A DNA stretch of 38,646 nucleotides from a bacterium (GTDB lineage: Bacteria > Oederibacteriota > PGYV01 > Palsa-1178). Below, piece by piece: positions 36,900-38,646 of the stretch; position 1 is the first letter of the stretch; each line of letters begins with the position of its first letter. The stretch spans positions 1 through 38,646 of the forward strand of contig JBAXIL010000014.1 in the NCBI GenBank assembly GCA_037138355.1, read 5' to 3'. The notes beneath the pieces were generated by a model. That model ran no database searches. It was not told the origin of the DNA and was given only the letters and a program-made list of their open reading frames with translations. Made by a program: the position numbers and the translations under genes.

Positions 36900-37883
36900 C
36901 TATACTTTCCGCAAAAAATCTGCGGCCTCTTCAGGCAATGTCGGGTTTATATAAAAACCACTTCCCCACTCAAAACCAGCAATAGATTTTACCCTTGGCA
37001 TTATTTCAATATGCCAGTGATAATGGTCAATATCCTGTTGTTTTACTGGGGTAGTATGTATCATGTAGTTATATGATGGGTAGTTTAGGGCCTTATTAAG
37101 CCTTGTAATGCTATCTTTTAGGATTATTGCTAAGTCAGCCTCTTCGTTTTCTGACAACTTGTAAAAATGGCTCGCATGCGTCTTTGGAATTATCCACATT
37201 TCAAAAGGTGTCTGGGAGGCAAACGGAGTAATACAAACAAATCTCTCAGTTTCTCTAACTATTCTTTCCTTCATATGAATCTCATTATCCACAAGGTCAC
37301 AGTAAACGCACCTTTTTTTGAAGTTAAAATATTCCTTTGAAGCATCCATTTCCTCTGTTATCTTTTTCGGTATCACTGGCAAAGCCATTAGTTGGGAATG
37401 TAAATGTTGGGAGTTCGAACCCGCTCTTTCACCCCTGTTTTTGAAAATTAACACATATTCAAGTCGAGTATCATTTTTTAAGTCCAATATCCTGTCTTTA
37501 TATGTCCGAATCACATCTACAACTCTGGAAACATCCATTTTGTCAAAATCAACATTATGCAGGGGGGTATCAACTATAATTTCATTGGCCCCCGTTCCTG
37601 ATATAACATCAAAAATCCCAACACCTTTTTTCTTAAGTGGCGTTTCAACCCTCAAATAAGGGTGATTGTTTGGTATGACCCGAACTTTCCATTTTCCATC
37701 AGGATCATTGACCGAAAGTATATTCTTACCAGTTTTATCTTCATTCCCTGGACATAAAGCACACGAGCTGTCCTTGTCAGAAAGATTCGCTGGTATTTTG
37801 GAATCAGCCTGTGGTTTAAAGCTCTTATCATCAAGAGTTATTACCCACCTGTTTATGACTGGATCCTTGCGTAATTCAGACAT
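36900..37883 (-). CDS. galT: GalT-family (HIT superfamily) nucleotidyltransferase
   Basis: MSELRKDP...RWVI, CALCPGNE, FKN.G..AG, HLHSQ, HWHIEI.PR, AGFEWGSG..IN...PE.AA..LR. Confidence 0.8.
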   Translation of the reverse strand: MSELRKDPVINRWVITLDDKSFKPQADSKIPANLSDKDSSCALCPGNEDKTGKNILSVNDPDGKWKVRVIPNNHPYLRVETPLKKKGVGIFDVISGTGANEIIVDTPLHNVDFDKMDVSRVVDVIRTYKDRILDLKNDTRLEYVLIFKNRGERAGSNSQHLHSQLMALPVIPKKITEEMDASKEYFNFKKRCVYCDLVDNEIHMKERIVRETERFVCITPFASQTPFEMWIIPKTHASHFYKLSENEEADLAIILKDSITRLNKALNYPSYNYMIHTTPVKQQDIDHYHWHIEIMPRVKSIAGFEWGSGFYINPTLPEEAADFLRKV

Positions 37884-37884
37884 T

Positions 37885-38217
37885 TTAAACCGTCTTATCT
37901 ACTTTTCTTGTAATGTAAGGTCTGAGTACATTAAGCTTGGTATTTTCTCCGCTTGTGATTGTCATAGTATCTTCTTTATCAGTGATTTTTGTGATAATTC
38001 CAACAATACCGCCAGCAGTTACAACCTTATCGCCTTCTTTAAGTGCGGCAAGCATTTCTTTTGTTTTTTTCTGTTCTTTTCTCTGTGGCATAATAAACAT
38101 AAAATAAAATAATACAAAAATTACTACAAGCGGTAAAAATGTTGCGATCATTGATGTTGGGCTACTTGCTACTGCGCCTGCTGTAGCTGCATCTGCTGCG
38201 AAAAGCATTGAAATCAT
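37885..38217 (-). CDS. yajC: Preprotein translocase subunit YajC
   Basis: TM helix followed by FYF..I.PQ.K..K, L..GDKVVT.GGI.G. Confidence 0.95.
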   Translation of the reverse strand: MISMLFAADAATAGAVASSPTSMIATFLPLVVIFVLFYFMFIMPQRKEQKKTKEMLAALKEGDKVVTAGGIVGIITKITDKEDTMTITSGENTKLNVLRPYITRKVDKTV

Positions 38218-38268
38218 TTTGAAACCTCCAAGTTTTTTTTCTTACTAACTTAAACATCTCAGTTCAAG

Positions 38269-38646
38269 TCATTCTTCCTCATTCAAATCCATTTTTCCAA
38301 CTTTATAAACACTAAAAAATTTTTCTTTTTCGCGTTCATAATTATTGCTAAGTATGGCCTCTTTTATTTTTCCCATCAAGTTTATCATAAAATGTATATT
38401 GTGTAAAGTAGTGAGCCTCATACCAAGTATCTCGTGAACATTGAACAAATGTCTTATATATGCTCGCGAAAATGTTCTACACGCATAGCAGCTACAATCA
38501 GCATCAATAGGTCTGAAATCTTCCTTATACTCGCCATTTCTTATTTTAACCAAACCTTCCGCCGAATAAGCTGTACCATTTCTTGCTATTCTCGTAGGAA
38601 AAACACAATCAAACATATCAACACCTTTTTCAACTGAATACCATAT
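38269..38646 (-). CDS. tgt: tRNA-guanine transglycosylase, C-terminal part (5'-truncated by window edge)
   Basis: GVDMFDCVFPTR.ARNG, zinc site CSCYAC, SRAYIRHL, TLHN. Upstream of yajC. Confidence 0.96.
   Translation of the reverse strand: MWYSVEKGVDMFDCVFPTRIARNGTAYSAEGLVKIRNGEYKEDFRPIDADCSCYACRTFSRAYIRHLFNVHEILGMRLTTLHNIHFMINLMGKIKEAILSNNYEREKEKFFSVYKVGKMDLNEEE

Noticed and set aside
1..38646. CRISPR arrays, tRNA/rRNA genes, IS elements, prophage or defence genes
   Set aside because: No regularly spaced repeats, cloverleaf motifs or integrase/transposase ORFs seen; intergenic spaces are short and largely accounted for.

Overview
Low-GC bacterial chromosomal window; the outer-membrane barrel-like gene suggests a diderm and NfnAB an anaerobe, but the lineage cannot be fixed from sequence alone. 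The left 15.6 kb is a near-complete nitrogen-assimilation cluster. On + are type III glutamine synthetase (5'-truncated) and a sigma54-type promoter ahead of a TorF/Gcw_chp-like barrel-amtB-glnK operon. On - are gltB-gltD-nfnA-nfnB, a GAF-ANTAR RNA-binding regulator and gdhA. The main discovery is a family of RNA hairpins with a shared C-[NNYGAY]-G hexaloop (invariant G4, as in ANTAR target RNAs). They occur as dual hairpins closed by a basal helix in the gdhA and gltB leaders, as the loop of the intrinsic terminator between gltD and nfnA, and possibly downstream of the GS gene. This points to a local ANTAR RNA regulon over GDH, GOGAT and NADPH supply. The rest is mostly housekeeping (tgt-yajC-galT-xseA-xseB-ispA-DUF212-dxs-recN, mutS, SemiSWEET, ribH-nusB), plus a GH94 phosphorylase and a TPR-rich membrane glycosyltransferase neighbourhood. 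No rRNA, tRNA, CRISPR array or transposase was recognised.
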